This document shows positions 39,847 through 50,618 of a stretch of 64,000 bases of DNA, piece after piece. A model generated the notes under the pieces. The model ran no database searches. It was not told the origin of the DNA and saw nothing but the letters and a program-made list of their open reading frames with translations. Made by a program: the position numbers and the translations under genes. The stretch is from Candidatus Sigynarchaeum calidifontis. Its GTDB lineage: Archaea; Asgardarchaeota; Lokiarchaeia; Sigyniarchaeales; Sigyniarchaeaceae. Each line of letters begins with the position of its first letter. Within the stretch, counting starts at the first letter, position 1. The stretch is from positions 1-64,000 of the forward strand of contig JAUQYZ020000189.1 in the NCBI GenBank assembly GCA_030587475.2, read 5' to 3'.

Positions 39847-42800
39847 ATGGAGGCACGTGTCGTGTTCTCGGTGGATGCTTGGTTCAAGCAGCATGATTTT
39901 TCCTCGTATCACGCATATCTCATTCCCGATACTTCTGAAAAACCGAGTAACGCGATGAAGCGCGGCAATTGCTGGATGTCGCGGAGCCCGGATGGTTTCA
40001 CGATTGGTAATAGCCACGTGTTTGCAGCCATCGGCATTCCCCTCATGGAAGCCGAGCAGATCAACGAATTCTATACCAATCCCCGCAATGACGTTCCATT
40101 CATCAAGGACTGGGACCTCTCTCGGATGACGGCGCTCGTCGGGCCGGACAAGGCGACCGCCCACTTGCAATGCATCCCCGCCGTGTACAAGATACAAGAG
40201 TTCCACGCGAGCTTTACCCTGGACGGGAACCTGGTGGACACGTGGTTCAAGGATGCACCGCGGCAAGTTGCTATGCGTGTCAAGAACACGTCTATCGTGG
40301 CCACGCGCAGCGATGCAGGGCACGTGACCCTCGAGACCATCAACTTTATTCCAAGGCTCCCGGATGAGCCTGTAATTCACCGGATCGTGTCCGTGAAAAA
40401 TAATGGCCCTGCAGCCTTGGGGGATCTCGCCATAGATGTCACGTTCGAGAACCGGGCATCGTCTTGGGCTTGGAAACTCGATACGAGCAGAAGGCTACTC
40501 GTTGTAATCGAGGAGAGAGACCGGACGTCCTTCACCGTGAAAGCCACATGCATTGATGAGGCACTGGGTGTCGGTGCATGCTCCCGGGAAGAAAAACTGA
40601 GCAGCCTATCTGGATGCGGTAGCGACTTCAAGGAAATAGCAGGCGACGGCGCGGGTTTCCTCGCCTTGCGGCTTTACCTCGGTCATCTCCCGCCATGGGC
40701 AGAGAGAACCGTGTACGTGTCTATTTTCCCCACACTGCCCGTTAGCCCGATGGAGCCATCGATCGATTCTCTCGATGCTTCCAAGATACAAGCCAGCCTC
40801 GAGCGAACGGAGAAGGCAAGTGCCTCCGATCCGGGTATCGGCAAGTTGACCTCTTCGAATCCCCGCATCACTGACCTCTACGATAGCATTCTCACCATGG
40901 GCACGTGCCACGTCGGCGAAAAGGGCATCCACGCGGGTTCCGTGTACTATTCCCACGGTCGTGCATGGACCCGGGATAATTTCTGGATCCAGAAGGCCTT
41001 TCACCACGTCGGGTGCCATGACGCCGCCATCAAGAATTGTAAATTCTTTCTCGACGCTTGGAACCACAACGGGCGTCGATTCGCGAACAGCTACGGGCTC
41101 ATCTCGTACGGCCCATCCAATCCCGGTAACGAGGTGCTCGTGGAGCTGCCATGGTATTTCGTCCTCATGATGACCGAGGCATGGAAATGGGCACCGGAGC
41201 TCGCGCGCCAGCAGCTTCCCTCAGATTCTGTGGCCGAGCTCGTGCACGCGGCCATCACCGAAGCAAAGTATTTCCCTGGTTATTTGTTCCCGTTGAACAG
41301 CGACGAGACATGGATCTGGGCCTGCGACGTGTCGGAAACCGGCTTCGTGCTCGATAATGCCATTCTCGCTCTTGCAGCACTCGTATCGGCACGCCGCTGG
41401 CTGCGTGTGCTATTGGCCCCGTCACTGATACAATCCATCGACGATCTCGCAACACGGATCACCGCGTCGATTAGAGAGCATTTCTTGATCCCCCATCGAA
41501 ACCGCCTAGCTGCGGCGCGCGACGATGATGGAACGCTCGACGAGAGTGCCATCGTGGTTCCTATGTCCATGCTATTCATCCACGACGTGCTGGACGAGTA
41601 TCCTGACCTCCTGGATCCTTGCATCAACAGCCTCGCCGCGTGCTGGCATTCTTGCAGCATCCATGTCGATGGAGGTGGCAAGGTCGTCCGGTCACACTCT
41701 GCAACTACTTCCCTTACCGGGAACACGACTGGCCATTTCATCGAGGCCATGGGCCGCGTGAATGCACGGAGACAAGGTGATGAACTGCTCGAAGGGATCC
41801 TGAATTTTGTCAATGCGACCGGAGCGGTGAATGAATTACACGACATCTACGATCCATCGTGGGGGACGGAACATCGCCGGCTCTGGGATTCCATGTCCGT
41901 GCTGCAAGGCATCGTCCAATATTTCATCGGGACGAGGATCCTACCCGGGGCAATCGTGTTCACGCCCTACTGCCCGGAACGAATCGGCGCGATTTCGATC
42001 GATGACATCGCGGTGCGGGATCACGTTTTCTCGTTTCGCATGGCGCGAAAAGATGGCCGGCTGCTCTGCGCGGTAAAGATGGACGGGAACGAGATCGCGC
42101 GGTACGAGGGCTTGCACGACGTGTCGATCGATGCCAGCACCAACGACGTGAAAATATCTCCTGTCCGGGATCTCGTCGGGTCAAAGTTCAAGGATAGGCC
42201 TCGCGGGGATTATTGGGGGCGGATCATCCCGTCGATTGCCAATGCAGACACCACGGGAACCTCGATGGCGTTGATCCACGATGGCACGAGCAAGAACCAT
42301 GCCATCGAGATCGAGCGCCAGCTCGCCTTCTCGTTGGGTCGCTTGGTGCCGATTCACGCCGACTCCGATTTTCCTTCGATAAATGAACAATACGACCATT
42401 TCATCTGGATCTCTCGTGAAGTTCCCTCACTGGTTCGTGATGCCATTATGATCAAGGACGTGTTGGACGAGTTCATGGCAAGGGATTACAACATCGTTGC
42501 CTTCGACACCCGGTTGCCCAATCGTACGGTCTGCTGGATACCAAACAAGGGGCACGTCTACAAGGACACCAACAGGTTTATCCAAGACATCCGGTTGAAC
42601 GTCCTCCCGAAGCGGCACAAGCCCATGAGCATGCACCCGCACGGCTTCTTGCGCCTCTCTGACCTGGTCGGCGCACCGGTCGATGATCCGGTCGGCATCG
42701 TCGTGGACTGCCGCCCTTTAGCCGTGCCCGGCACGGGTGAAGCGTCCCGTCCACCAGTACACGATTTACATCTGTTCATTCAAGGGGACGCCGTGCATTC

Positions 42801-43230
42801 CTTTGCGGGGGGTACCGGCTCGTGGCAAGGGACGATCGAGCCAACATCGAGCCCGCGAGCGATGCCGAAACGCGAAGACTACGTGCTCGTGACGGCCGTG
42901 ACCCCCTTTGCACCTTTCGATCTCGCGGCGGCTGGCATTGCCACAGGAAAGCACGCGGTTCAAGTTTGCATCCAGGCAGATGCCAGGATCCCGCTCGTCG
43001 TTGACATCACGTTGAAATTGCCCCAGCGATGGCACCCGCAGAACCTCCGGTCGCCGCAATGGGAGCGTGTCGATGATCCCGTCCGGTACGTGAAACTTGC
43101 AAACGGAGAGAAGGTGTTCCGGATAACATTGCATCCCGGGCGCCCCGTGAGCCGCCACATGAGGACGAAGCTGCCGGACACGTGCCGCCACCTCACGTTC
43201 GTCTTCGTGAAGTACCCGCGCCTCGCGTGA
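39847..43230 (+). CDS. Large six-hairpin glycosidase-like protein (GH15/GH65-like barrel) with extra C-terminal domains
   Basis: AWTRD motif, helical barrel region, GAVNELHD, GH65-C-like FTPYCPERIGAISI segment. Confidence 0.65.
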   Translation: MEARVVFSVDAWFKQHDFSSYHAYLIPDTSEKPSNAMKRGNCWMSRSPDGFTIGNSHVFAAIGIPLMEAEQINEFYTNPRNDVPFIKDWDLSRMTALVGPDKATAHLQCIPAVYKIQEFHASFTLDGNLVDTWFKDAPRQVAMRVKNTSIVATRSDAGHVTLETINFIPRLPDEPVIHRIVSVKNNGPAALGDLAIDVTFENRASSWAWKLDTSRRLLVVIEERDRTSFTVKATCIDEALGVGACSREEKLSSLSGCGSDFKEIAGDGAGFLALRLYLGHLPPWAERTVYVSIFPTLPVSPMEPSIDSLDASKIQASLERTEKASASDPGIGKLTSSNPRITDLYDSILTMGTCHVGEKGIHAGSVYYSHGRAWTRDNFWIQKAFHHVGCHDAAIKNCKFFLDAWNHNGRRFANSYGLISYGPSNPGNEVLVELPWYFVLMMTEAWKWAPELARQQLPSDSVAELVHAAITEAKYFPGYLFPLNSDETWIWACDVSETGFVLDNAILALAALVSARRWLRVLLAPSLIQSIDDLATRITASIREHFLIPHRNRLAAARDDDGTLDESAIVVPMSMLFIHDVLDEYPDLLDPCINSLAACWHSCSIHVDGGGKVVRSHSATTSLTGNTTGHFIEAMGRVNARRQGDELLEGILNFVNATGAVNELHDIYDPSWGTEHRRLWDSMSVLQGIVQYFIGTRILPGAIVFTPYCPERIGAISIDDIAVRDHVFSFRMARKDGRLLCAVKMDGNEIARYEGLHDVSIDASTNDVKISPVRDLVGSKFKDRPRGDYWGRIIPSIANADTTGTSMALIHDGTSKNHAIEIERQLAFSLGRLVPIHADSDFPSINEQYDHFIWISREVPSLVRDAIMIKDVLDEFMARDYNIVAFDTRLPNRTVCWIPNKGHVYKDTNRFIQDIRLNVLPKRHKPMSMHPHGFLRLSDLVGAPVDDPVGIVVDCRPLAVPGTGEASRPPVHDLHLFIQGDAVHSFAGGTGSWQGTIEPTSSPRAMPKREDYVLVTAVTPFAPFDLAAAGIATGKHAVQVCIQADARIPLVVDITLKLPQRWHPQNLRSPQWERVDDPVRYVKLANGEKVFRITLHPGRPVSRHMRTKLPDTCRHLTFVFVKYPRLA

Positions 43231-43524
43231 TCATGGCTCTGAGGGCGGGGCTCGTGGCAGGTCCTTGTGGCACCGGTGACAAGTGCCGATGAAAAAGCTG
43301 GCTTTCACCAGGAATTCTCCGCAGTAGATGCAATAGGAGATCGACTTGTCGACGTCCGCCGATGCTGGCCCGCCGAGCCTTGCGAATCGCTGGACCGGCC
43401 GGTATTGCTCGGGGATCTCCGCGCCGCAGCCCGGGCACCTCGTGACCTGGACGTCCACGGGAAATGCGATGCCACAGAACACGCAAAAACGAGGTCTTTT
43501 CTCCTTTGGTGGGCTTTTCAACAA
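43231..43524 (-). CDS. Small double zinc-ribbon protein
   Basis: CVFC, CPGC, CIYC and CHRC; start uncertain (TTG near 43524). Confidence 0.65.
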   Translation of the reverse strand: MLKSPPKEKRPRFCVFCGIAFPVDVQVTRCPGCGAEIPEQYRPVQRFARLGGPASADVDKSISYCIYCGEFLVKASFFIGTCHRCHKDLPRAPPSEP

Positions 43525-43579
43525 AATACTGCACTCGATCAAGTTAATGAAAAAAAAGAAAAGACCAATGTTAAAATAT

Positions 43580-44374
43580 TTATTTCTTCCTGGCAACTAT
43601 AACGGCCACGATGGACAAGATAAGGCCATTTACTACAGCAAAGATGATCGAAACGATGCTGGTTTCGACCATTAGATCGACCATTTCTTGAGAATAATAC
43701 GCTGCAATTGGATCGCTCATTCCATCATTCACCCATGCGTTCAATGCATTTCCCCAATGCATGTACACGAACTGCGTGAACGCCGGGTTAATCGACATCA
43801 TTGCCGTGAACTTCCAATCTAATGAAATTATGTTCATGTAGATGTGGATTATGTTCAGCACTATGCCGCCCACTCCCACGATGATAAATGCCAAGAGCGC
43901 GTTTCCAATCGCTTGTTTCTTTTCCTTTGCAACCAAGCCTGCGACTATGCCTGTAATGATGAAAGGCACCACGAGTTTGATTAACCAAAGCAGCGCTGGA
44001 AGGAAGTATTCGGGCACGGTGCTCCACGGGTGAGCCTCGATCATGATCGGGACAAGGCCAAAAGGACTCCAACTATACGCTCCAGTCGAGATATAACTCA
44101 AGCCGGCCGGATGGACGAACACGTAACTGGCCACGATTTCCAGATCTTGTGCCGCGCCAAGCAATGTATACGAAAACCACCCGAGCGTGTCATCGATCAA
44201 GAATCCCGTGTATCTCTCGATGTACGTGGCTTCGGTGTTATGACCCGGAAAGTTCCCGAGGCTTGCTAGGAAAATCGCGTTATCCCCGGCAATCAATCCA
44301 ATGAGGAACTCGATTCCGATCATTGACGCTATAAACACAGCGGCCGTGATGATTAACTGTACGATTCTTTTCAT
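43580..44374 (-). CDS. Hypothetical membrane protein (4 TM)
   Basis: Hydropathy; PFIITGIVAGLVAKEKKQA; GGAGG upstream. Confidence 0.75.
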   Translation of the reverse strand: MKRIVQLIITAAVFIASMIGIEFLIGLIAGDNAIFLASLGNFPGHNTEATYIERYTGFLIDDTLGWFSYTLLGAAQDLEIVASYVFVHPAGLSYISTGAYSWSPFGLVPIMIEAHPWSTVPEYFLPALLWLIKLVVPFIITGIVAGLVAKEKKQAIGNALLAFIIVGVGGIVLNIIHIYMNIISLDWKFTAMMSINPAFTQFVYMHWGNALNAWVNDGMSDPIAAYYSQEMVDLMVETSIVSIIFAVVNGLILSIVAVIVARKK

Positions 44375-44390
44375 GTTCAAGTCGCCTCCT

Positions 44391-44954
44391 TCAGCCCCAA
44401 CCTTTGCTGGTTATGAACACTCCTACAGCGCACCAGATAAACGCGTTGAGCGCGCTCATGATCAACCCGCCGGTGATGAATTTCTCCCATTGTTGAACAG
44501 GAAACCCGTTCATGTAAACGAAAACAGGAGCTTCCGGCCAGTCCACGATTTGAAAGATGATCCCGATAGTTGCGGCAACCATCAAGCCCAGGAAAGTTGA
44601 TAAGAAAATGTATTTCACACTACCCGATTTCTTTTCCGCTACGGATCCGACCAAAGCCGCCACGATCACCGGGACGATGCAACCAAGGATGTTAAGGAGG
44701 AGACTGATGTCGGTTGGATCATCTATGTAAAGATTAATTCCGTAGAATACGCCCATGATTACTGGGTTAGCAAGATACTGATAGAAAATGGGCGATATAG
44801 ATCCAAGACTTGCGAAGAGTGTACCTATGTCCTCTGGTGCATTCATATATGTTACTAATATCTTGAATAGCATCGATAACCCGATGTACAGCGCGATGGT
44901 GATCACGAAGCCCTTTACGAATTTCATGTCAATCGTTCTCCGTTTAGTCTTCAT
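44391..44954 (-). CDS. Hypothetical membrane protein (4 TM), probable distant paralogue of the downstream gene
   Basis: PVIVAALVGSVAEKKSG and a terminal NAFIWCAVG helix parallel the neighbour. Confidence 0.75.
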   Translation of the reverse strand: MKTKRRTIDMKFVKGFVITIALYIGLSMLFKILVTYMNAPEDIGTLFASLGSISPIFYQYLANPVIMGVFYGINLYIDDPTDISLLLNILGCIVPVIVAALVGSVAEKKSGSVKYIFLSTFLGLMVAATIGIIFQIVDWPEAPVFVYMNGFPVQQWEKFITGGLIMSALNAFIWCAVGVFITSKGWG

Positions 44955-45208
44955 GCATCGACTAATTCAAGTAGAATGCTTGATACGGATATAGTTCTCT
45001 TTTTTCTTTTACCTTATAATATTAATCCCCCGTCCAAGCATCGATCGCAAGGTTGGAGAATTGCGATGATCTCTAAAAAAAGCGATTTTAACAGCTAGCT
45101 CGATATCGCGCGGTGCCGGGGCCTCGTTCAAGCAAAAATGGCTTCACGTGCCACCGACGCACGTTCATCTTGGGCAACAATTAATAATCCTGGTGGTTAC
45201 AACATCGC

Positions 45209-47515
45209 ATGAAAATCGAGTTTCTCCCGATCCCTAAGGTCTTGAACATAGGAGCCGGCTCGTTCCGGCTACACGACGGCCTCAACGTTTTCGTGAACAA
45301 GGCAAAGGTGCAGGACCACGTCATCGACTTGTTCGGGTTTTTATGGCGGAATTTCAAGGTGAACTTGAAGATCTCGGCTATCCGGGATCGCGACTTCAAG
45401 GACGAATACGAGCGCGGCTTTTTTCTCTACGCCACGGCCGAGGAGGCGCTGCCCGAATCGTTTCCGGACATGCTGGTTGGTGCCCTCGCCCGGTGCAAAG
45501 GCGAGGGCTATCACTTGCAAGTGCAGGCTCGGTCATTGTTCCTTTGCGCCCACACGACGCGCGGCTTCTATAACGGGGTCATTACTATCCAGCAATCGAG
45601 CGATGCATTCCAGGTGGATAGCAATCCGGAAACGGGGAAGAAAGAAATCATCATGCCTGAGATGGACGTGGATGACCATCCTGACCTCGAGCTCAGGGCG
45701 GTCCACGTCGACTTGAAACGGCAAATGCACTCGCTTGAATACTTGAAGGATTACATCCGATTGCTCGCCCGGTTCAAGATCAACGCCATCGTTTGGGAAT
45801 GGGAGGACAAATTTCCCTTCAAGCGCCGGCCCGAGATCAAGCATCCGCTCGCGTTCAACAGCCAGGAAGCGACCGAGCTCGTCGAGCTGTGCCTTGCTCA
45901 CGGCATCGAGGCCATCCCTCTCGTGCAGACATATGGCCACCTCGAATTCGTGCTGAAAAAAGACCAGTATGCGCATTTGAAAGAAGATCGCAACGCGAGT
46001 TACGACCCGGATCATACCCTCGATGCATGTGCCATGCAAGACGAGACGATGCGGTTGATCGAGGACATGATCGCCGATGTCGTGAGTTATCACCATCGTT
46101 CTCGCTATATCCATATCGGTGGCGACGAGGTCTACACGATGGGATCTTGTGAAAAATGCAAGGCATACATCAACGAGCACGGGAACGGCGACGCCATCAC
46201 GGGCAAGAGCAAGCTCTACACCATGCACATGAACCGTGTCATAAAGGTCGTGAAGGGATTCGGCAAGATACCCATGCTCTGGCACGATTATTTGCTGAAA
46301 TACCCCGCGTACATCGACGAGCTCGACAAGGATGCCGTGGTCGTATACTGGATGTACGGGAAAGATAAGAGTCCCGCTGATTTTGCAAAGGAAATCGAGT
46401 TCTTCAAGAAGAAGGGATTCAAGGTACTCGTCGCCAGCAGCGTGAACAGCGATTTCCAATACGCGATTCCGAACTATGATCTCCGCTTCCAGAACATCCA
46501 CGACCTCAACAAGGCGTTGATGCAAAACACGACGTGGAGCGTCGGCGCGCTAGCGACCAACTGGGCTGGCTGCCGGGCGCCCATGGAGACATCCGTCCCC
46601 GCCGTCTTGTTTTTCGCCGATGCATCGTGGAACACGCGCCAGACACCATACTCGAACGACATTGTACACGCGTTCGCTCCGAGGCTCCTACGCCGGTTGT
46701 TCTTGCTGCGCGATGACGAGATACCCCGGCACGCGCGAGCGGTCAGCTTGCTCGTCGAGAGCACGACCAACCCGAACCACGTGCCACCCCATGAGCTCGC
46801 ACGCGTCGATACACTCCTCGGGGAAGCAATAGATTCGTGGAAAAAGCTGGCCGATGATGCCCGAGCATCGAGAAGTGTCGCGGAAAACATCGTCCAAGGC
46901 TTGAAACTCCAGCGGTTAAAAGTTCACCTCTTCCAGCTAGCGCGGCAGATTGAAAAAGCATTCGATGTCGATAATCCCCCTCGTATGCAGGATTTACGGG
47001 CATTGGAATCTGACATCAAGGCACTGGCGCAGGAATTCGAGATCAACAAGGCTCAAGCGAAACAGCTTTACGAGAAGGTCATGTATGACGAGGAGGTGGC
47101 GGATGAAATGGAGATACGGTTTAAAAAACCCATTGCATACTTGGAACACCTGAGTTCCTATTTTCTCACGCTCCGGGACAAGTTGGAACGCCTCGATACT
47201 ATGCTCGCTACGTTGGCTTCGATGATTCGTGATATGGCGGATTTAACGATAAAAAGCGGTTTGAACACCGCTCACGAGGGCCTTTCGAGAGCAATCAAGG
47301 GATTTTTGCAAGGAACCTCGCCGCTGCCCCTCGTGGATGAATTGGACGGGCATGCCACGCGCTTGGAGGTTTTTTTAAACCAAGTGCCCGGAACGGCGAA
47401 GGAGCATGTCCGCGGGATCGTTAGCGCCATCAAGGACGTGAGTACATGGTTGGATTCTTTCCTCCTTGAAACTGCGAGGAACGCTATGGACACCAGCTTT
47501 CTCGGCCGGTTCTAA
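45209..47515 (+). CDS. Glycoside hydrolase family 20 (beta-N-acetylhexosaminidase)
   Basis: EGYHL, RAVHVDLKR, PLVQTYGH, catalytic HIGGDE, WHD. Confidence 0.9.
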   Translation: MKIEFLPIPKVLNIGAGSFRLHDGLNVFVNKAKVQDHVIDLFGFLWRNFKVNLKISAIRDRDFKDEYERGFFLYATAEEALPESFPDMLVGALARCKGEGYHLQVQARSLFLCAHTTRGFYNGVITIQQSSDAFQVDSNPETGKKEIIMPEMDVDDHPDLELRAVHVDLKRQMHSLEYLKDYIRLLARFKINAIVWEWEDKFPFKRRPEIKHPLAFNSQEATELVELCLAHGIEAIPLVQTYGHLEFVLKKDQYAHLKEDRNASYDPDHTLDACAMQDETMRLIEDMIADVVSYHHRSRYIHIGGDEVYTMGSCEKCKAYINEHGNGDAITGKSKLYTMHMNRVIKVVKGFGKIPMLWHDYLLKYPAYIDELDKDAVVVYWMYGKDKSPADFAKEIEFFKKKGFKVLVASSVNSDFQYAIPNYDLRFQNIHDLNKALMQNTTWSVGALATNWAGCRAPMETSVPAVLFFADASWNTRQTPYSNDIVHAFAPRLLRRLFLLRDDEIPRHARAVSLLVESTTNPNHVPPHELARVDTLLGEAIDSWKKLADDARASRSVAENIVQGLKLQRLKVHLFQLARQIEKAFDVDNPPRMQDLRALESDIKALAQEFEINKAQAKQLYEKVMYDEEVADEMEIRFKKPIAYLEHLSSYFLTLRDKLERLDTMLATLASMIRDMADLTIKSGLNTAHEGLSRAIKGFLQGTSPLPLVDELDGHATRLEVFLNQVPGTAKEHVRGIVSAIKDVSTWLDSFLLETARNAMDTSFLGRF

Positions 47516-47810
47516 AGGCGCCACTTTTTTCACGAAAAGTTTTTTCCCTGGCATTATATGCTTGTAGGGATTGTTCGCGCATTGATGGTTTGTTTGCGGG
47601 CATTAACATCGTGATGTGGAAAGGGTGGATGGAAGTTAAATAGTAAAAACATCTTTGATCCAATAGATCCGCGCGAGCCGGTTAGAACGCACTTGGCATA
47701 GAGCAGCCAATTTCATTCAATATTCGAAATCGTGAATCCAGTGCTTGATCTTTCTCCGATGGACGAGGATCTACGTTTGATGATGGAACTCACGGGTGAG
47801 GCTAGGAAAG

Positions 47811-50558
47811 ATGGCGAAAAAATGGAAGAATTCACCAATGAAATTGATCACCATCGCCATTTTCGCCGTTAGTATGCTGACTCTTGTCTCTGCTTGCACC
47901 ACGAAGCACCTTTTTGTTGTCAGTGGTGCAAAATACCATGGATCCGAAAACATCTTTAACCCGGTTAGCCAAGCGAAGAAATCAGCATCGCCCCTTTCAG
48001 GGATCACGGTTGCCGTCTTGAACGAAGCCGCGAGCCCTTCTTATTTCTCCGGCACGTTACAAAACGATTATTCATCCATCATCACGGCGCTCGCCGTGGA
48101 GGGCGCCTCCACGACAGCGATAACATCGTCCCAGATAGCATCGGGATCGCTCGCCGGTTACGACGTGTTCATCATGATCGACAACGCGCCGACTGCTGCT
48201 TGCATGGCCAACATAAGGGCGGCATGGATGGCAGGTACCGCGATAATGGCGTTCGATAGCAGCATCTGCGCCCTATGCTATTTCGGCATCCTCCCCGCAA
48301 GTTCTAGCGGCAGCAACGGACAAAACACCTATTGGACATACGGCGATACCGCGGCATCTCGCGTCACGATTGCCCACCCGATCACGGCAAATTATACCGT
48401 TAATGCTGTCGTATCCGGCACGTCTGGCGACGCATATTGGTTTTCTACCGCGATGAATGGCGTCAGTGAATTTTCCAGGATAACCGTGCTCACGAGCTTG
48501 AACGGCGACCAGGGTAAATGGACGACCATTCTTTACGAGCCCGCGTCAAGCGGGGCGGTGTTCTTCTGCTGGGATCAGGCGCACGTGACGAACACGGCCT
48601 TGAAACCGATGATCATCCAAGCGGTCAAGTATCTCGCTTCCTCGACCAACCAGGCACCGGTGCTCCTGTCTGGCAAGGTAAGCCCCATGGTCGGAACGTC
48701 GTCGACGGCGTTCACTTTCACGGTCACGTATATCGATCCGGAAAACGTGCAGCCGGCATACATCAGGGCACGTGTCGGCGGGTACACGTTGAACCTGGTC
48801 AAGCAATTTCCTTCGGACGTGAGTTACCGGGACGGGTGCACGTATAGCGGCTCGATGACTTTGCCAACGGGTTCCTACACGTACTACTTCGAAGCGAGCG
48901 ACGGTGCTCGAAATGTCACCACGCCCGCGGAAAATGGGCCTTACGTCGGCACATCACCACCGGCGTTGTACTTGAGTCAATCGTCCGTATCCCCATCGAT
49001 CGGTTTCTCTTCCGACGTGATTTACTTCTATGTAACGTACACCCACTCGAGCAACCTTATGCCTTCGTCCATCTACGTGAAGATCGATTCCACCAGTTAT
49101 CCTATGTCCAAGGTGTATCCGTACGACAACACTTACACGGACGGTTGCATGTACTATTGTTCCAAGGCCCTTGGCTTGGGATCGCACACGTTTTCATTCT
49201 ATGCGTCCGACGGCTCCACGTCGGTCTACTCGCCAACGTATTCCGGCTTGACCGTGAGAAGCTTTGCCTCGACGACCAGCTTGACGCAAATCTCGTGCTC
49301 CCCTGCATCGGGCAACACGGATAGCGATTTCCAGTTCCGCGTGTTGTACACGCAATCATACAACCTGGCTCCAGACTTCGTGGCGATCTACATCGACAAT
49401 ATGTATAACGAGATGTCGAAGGAATCCTCAGCGGATAACGCTTACGATGACGGTTGTTTCTACGTTTATTCGACCCGGCTAAGCGCCGCTAATCACACGT
49501 ATTACTTCGAGGCAAGCCGATCGAATGACAAGATCTCCACCAACCCCTACATGGTAGAAGTCCGGGCGGTGCCTATAATCAACGAACCATCGTCGCTGTT
49601 CGCCTTGGTATTCATCATCATAGGCTCCATCGCAACCATCTCGACTGCCTCCATCGCTTACAAGATCAAGGCAAAGAAAATGCTCACGATCCCCTTATCA
49701 ATGAACGCGGCATCAACAAGCCGGCTATCGCCAGGGCAGCCGGCAAATACGTCGAGTGGATCATCAAGAATGGTACCTGCTCAAGGGGGGTGGAATGGTG
49801 TTTCCGGCGGCGCGATACCGGTATCGCCCGGGTTCTTGCCCCCGAGCGCGTTCGTGATACAACCATCCCCCGCCCTCCCGGCAGGGATCCCGGGGGTTTC
49901 CCCGGTTCCGAATGCCCCGGCTCGTGATGCGACATCCCCCGCGGGCATGCCCGATTCGAGGCGCTCCTCCGCGCCGGAGCCGATATTGCCCGGGTCGCAA
50001 AAATGGATGCGACTCGCGAGGTTCGACATCTCCATGTACATGGCGCCGCTCGGGGGTAGCGATGTTAACGACGTGAATGCTGCGAATGACGAGCCCGGTC
50101 TTGCTGATGACGTGGACCCTTCTGATAATCCCACGGAAGATCTCGATCTAGAAAACGACACACAACTCGGGGAAATTAACTTCGAGGATTCGATGCCCGT
50201 GGAAAGTGTAAATGAGGCGGCACTCTTGGCTCCAGAAGCAGGCGATGACGAGTCGCCCTCGATAGCCAGGCCCGCGATGCTCGTCGTGCGCCGATTTGCA
50301 GCGGAGAACTTGATACACCCTGGCCAGCAAGTCGGCAAGTCATATCTTTTTATCTGTCCCGCGTGCAAGAAAGAAATCTCGATTACCGGGAACGACGATG
50401 GTGTGTTGTACGATTGCAGGACTTGCAATCGCCACTTGCTCTACGTGGCCACGTGCATCGCGTGCCAATCCCGATCCGAGATCGAGCAAGACGAGTTGCA
50501 AAAGGCCCGCGGGGGTGGCATCCGCTGCCCGGTGTGCTGGGAGAATATAAACATGTAG
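47811..50558 (+). CDS. Single-pass membrane protein: GATase-like extracellular domain, 3 beta-sandwich repeats, TM, disordered tail and double Zn ribbon
   Basis: Signal peptide; three repeats; TM LFALVFIIIGSIA; Pro-rich then acidic region; CPAC, CRTC, CIAC and CPVC. Confidence 0.8.
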   Translation: MAKKWKNSPMKLITIAIFAVSMLTLVSACTTKHLFVVSGAKYHGSENIFNPVSQAKKSASPLSGITVAVLNEAASPSYFSGTLQNDYSSIITALAVEGASTTAITSSQIASGSLAGYDVFIMIDNAPTAACMANIRAAWMAGTAIMAFDSSICALCYFGILPASSSGSNGQNTYWTYGDTAASRVTIAHPITANYTVNAVVSGTSGDAYWFSTAMNGVSEFSRITVLTSLNGDQGKWTTILYEPASSGAVFFCWDQAHVTNTALKPMIIQAVKYLASSTNQAPVLLSGKVSPMVGTSSTAFTFTVTYIDPENVQPAYIRARVGGYTLNLVKQFPSDVSYRDGCTYSGSMTLPTGSYTYYFEASDGARNVTTPAENGPYVGTSPPALYLSQSSVSPSIGFSSDVIYFYVTYTHSSNLMPSSIYVKIDSTSYPMSKVYPYDNTYTDGCMYYCSKALGLGSHTFSFYASDGSTSVYSPTYSGLTVRSFASTTSLTQISCSPASGNTDSDFQFRVLYTQSYNLAPDFVAIYIDNMYNEMSKESSADNAYDDGCFYVYSTRLSAANHTYYFEASRSNDKISTNPYMVEVRAVPIINEPSSLFALVFIIIGSIATISTASIAYKIKAKKMLTIPLSMNAASTSRLSPGQPANTSSGSSRMVPAQGGWNGVSGGAIPVSPGFLPPSAFVIQPSPALPAGIPGVSPVPNAPARDATSPAGMPDSRRSSAPEPILPGSQKWMRLARFDISMYMAPLGGSDVNDVNAANDEPGLADDVDPSDNPTEDLDLENDTQLGEINFEDSMPVESVNEAALLAPEAGDDESPSIARPAMLVVRRFAAENLIHPGQQVGKSYLFICPACKKEISITGNDDGVLYDCRTCNRHLLYVATCIACQSRSEIEQDELQKARGGGIRCPVCWENINM
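48648..49570 (+). repeat. Three tandem Ig-like protein repeats of about 100 aa
   Basis: Recurring SP..G.....F.V.Y.....P.........M/L.K....D..Y.DGC.Y.....L....Y.F.AS consensus. Confidence 0.85.
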
Positions 50559-50618
50559 TAAATCATCGATATGCATCAAAGCGCGTGAAAAAAAATCAAA
50601 CTTCTTATCCTCATATGC

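Noticed and set aside
39673-40380. 236-aa N-terminal extension of the 1480-aa ORF
   Set aside because: It is antisense to the GH gene and spans an AT-rich divergent promoter; protein-like sequence starts at MAKIMAE
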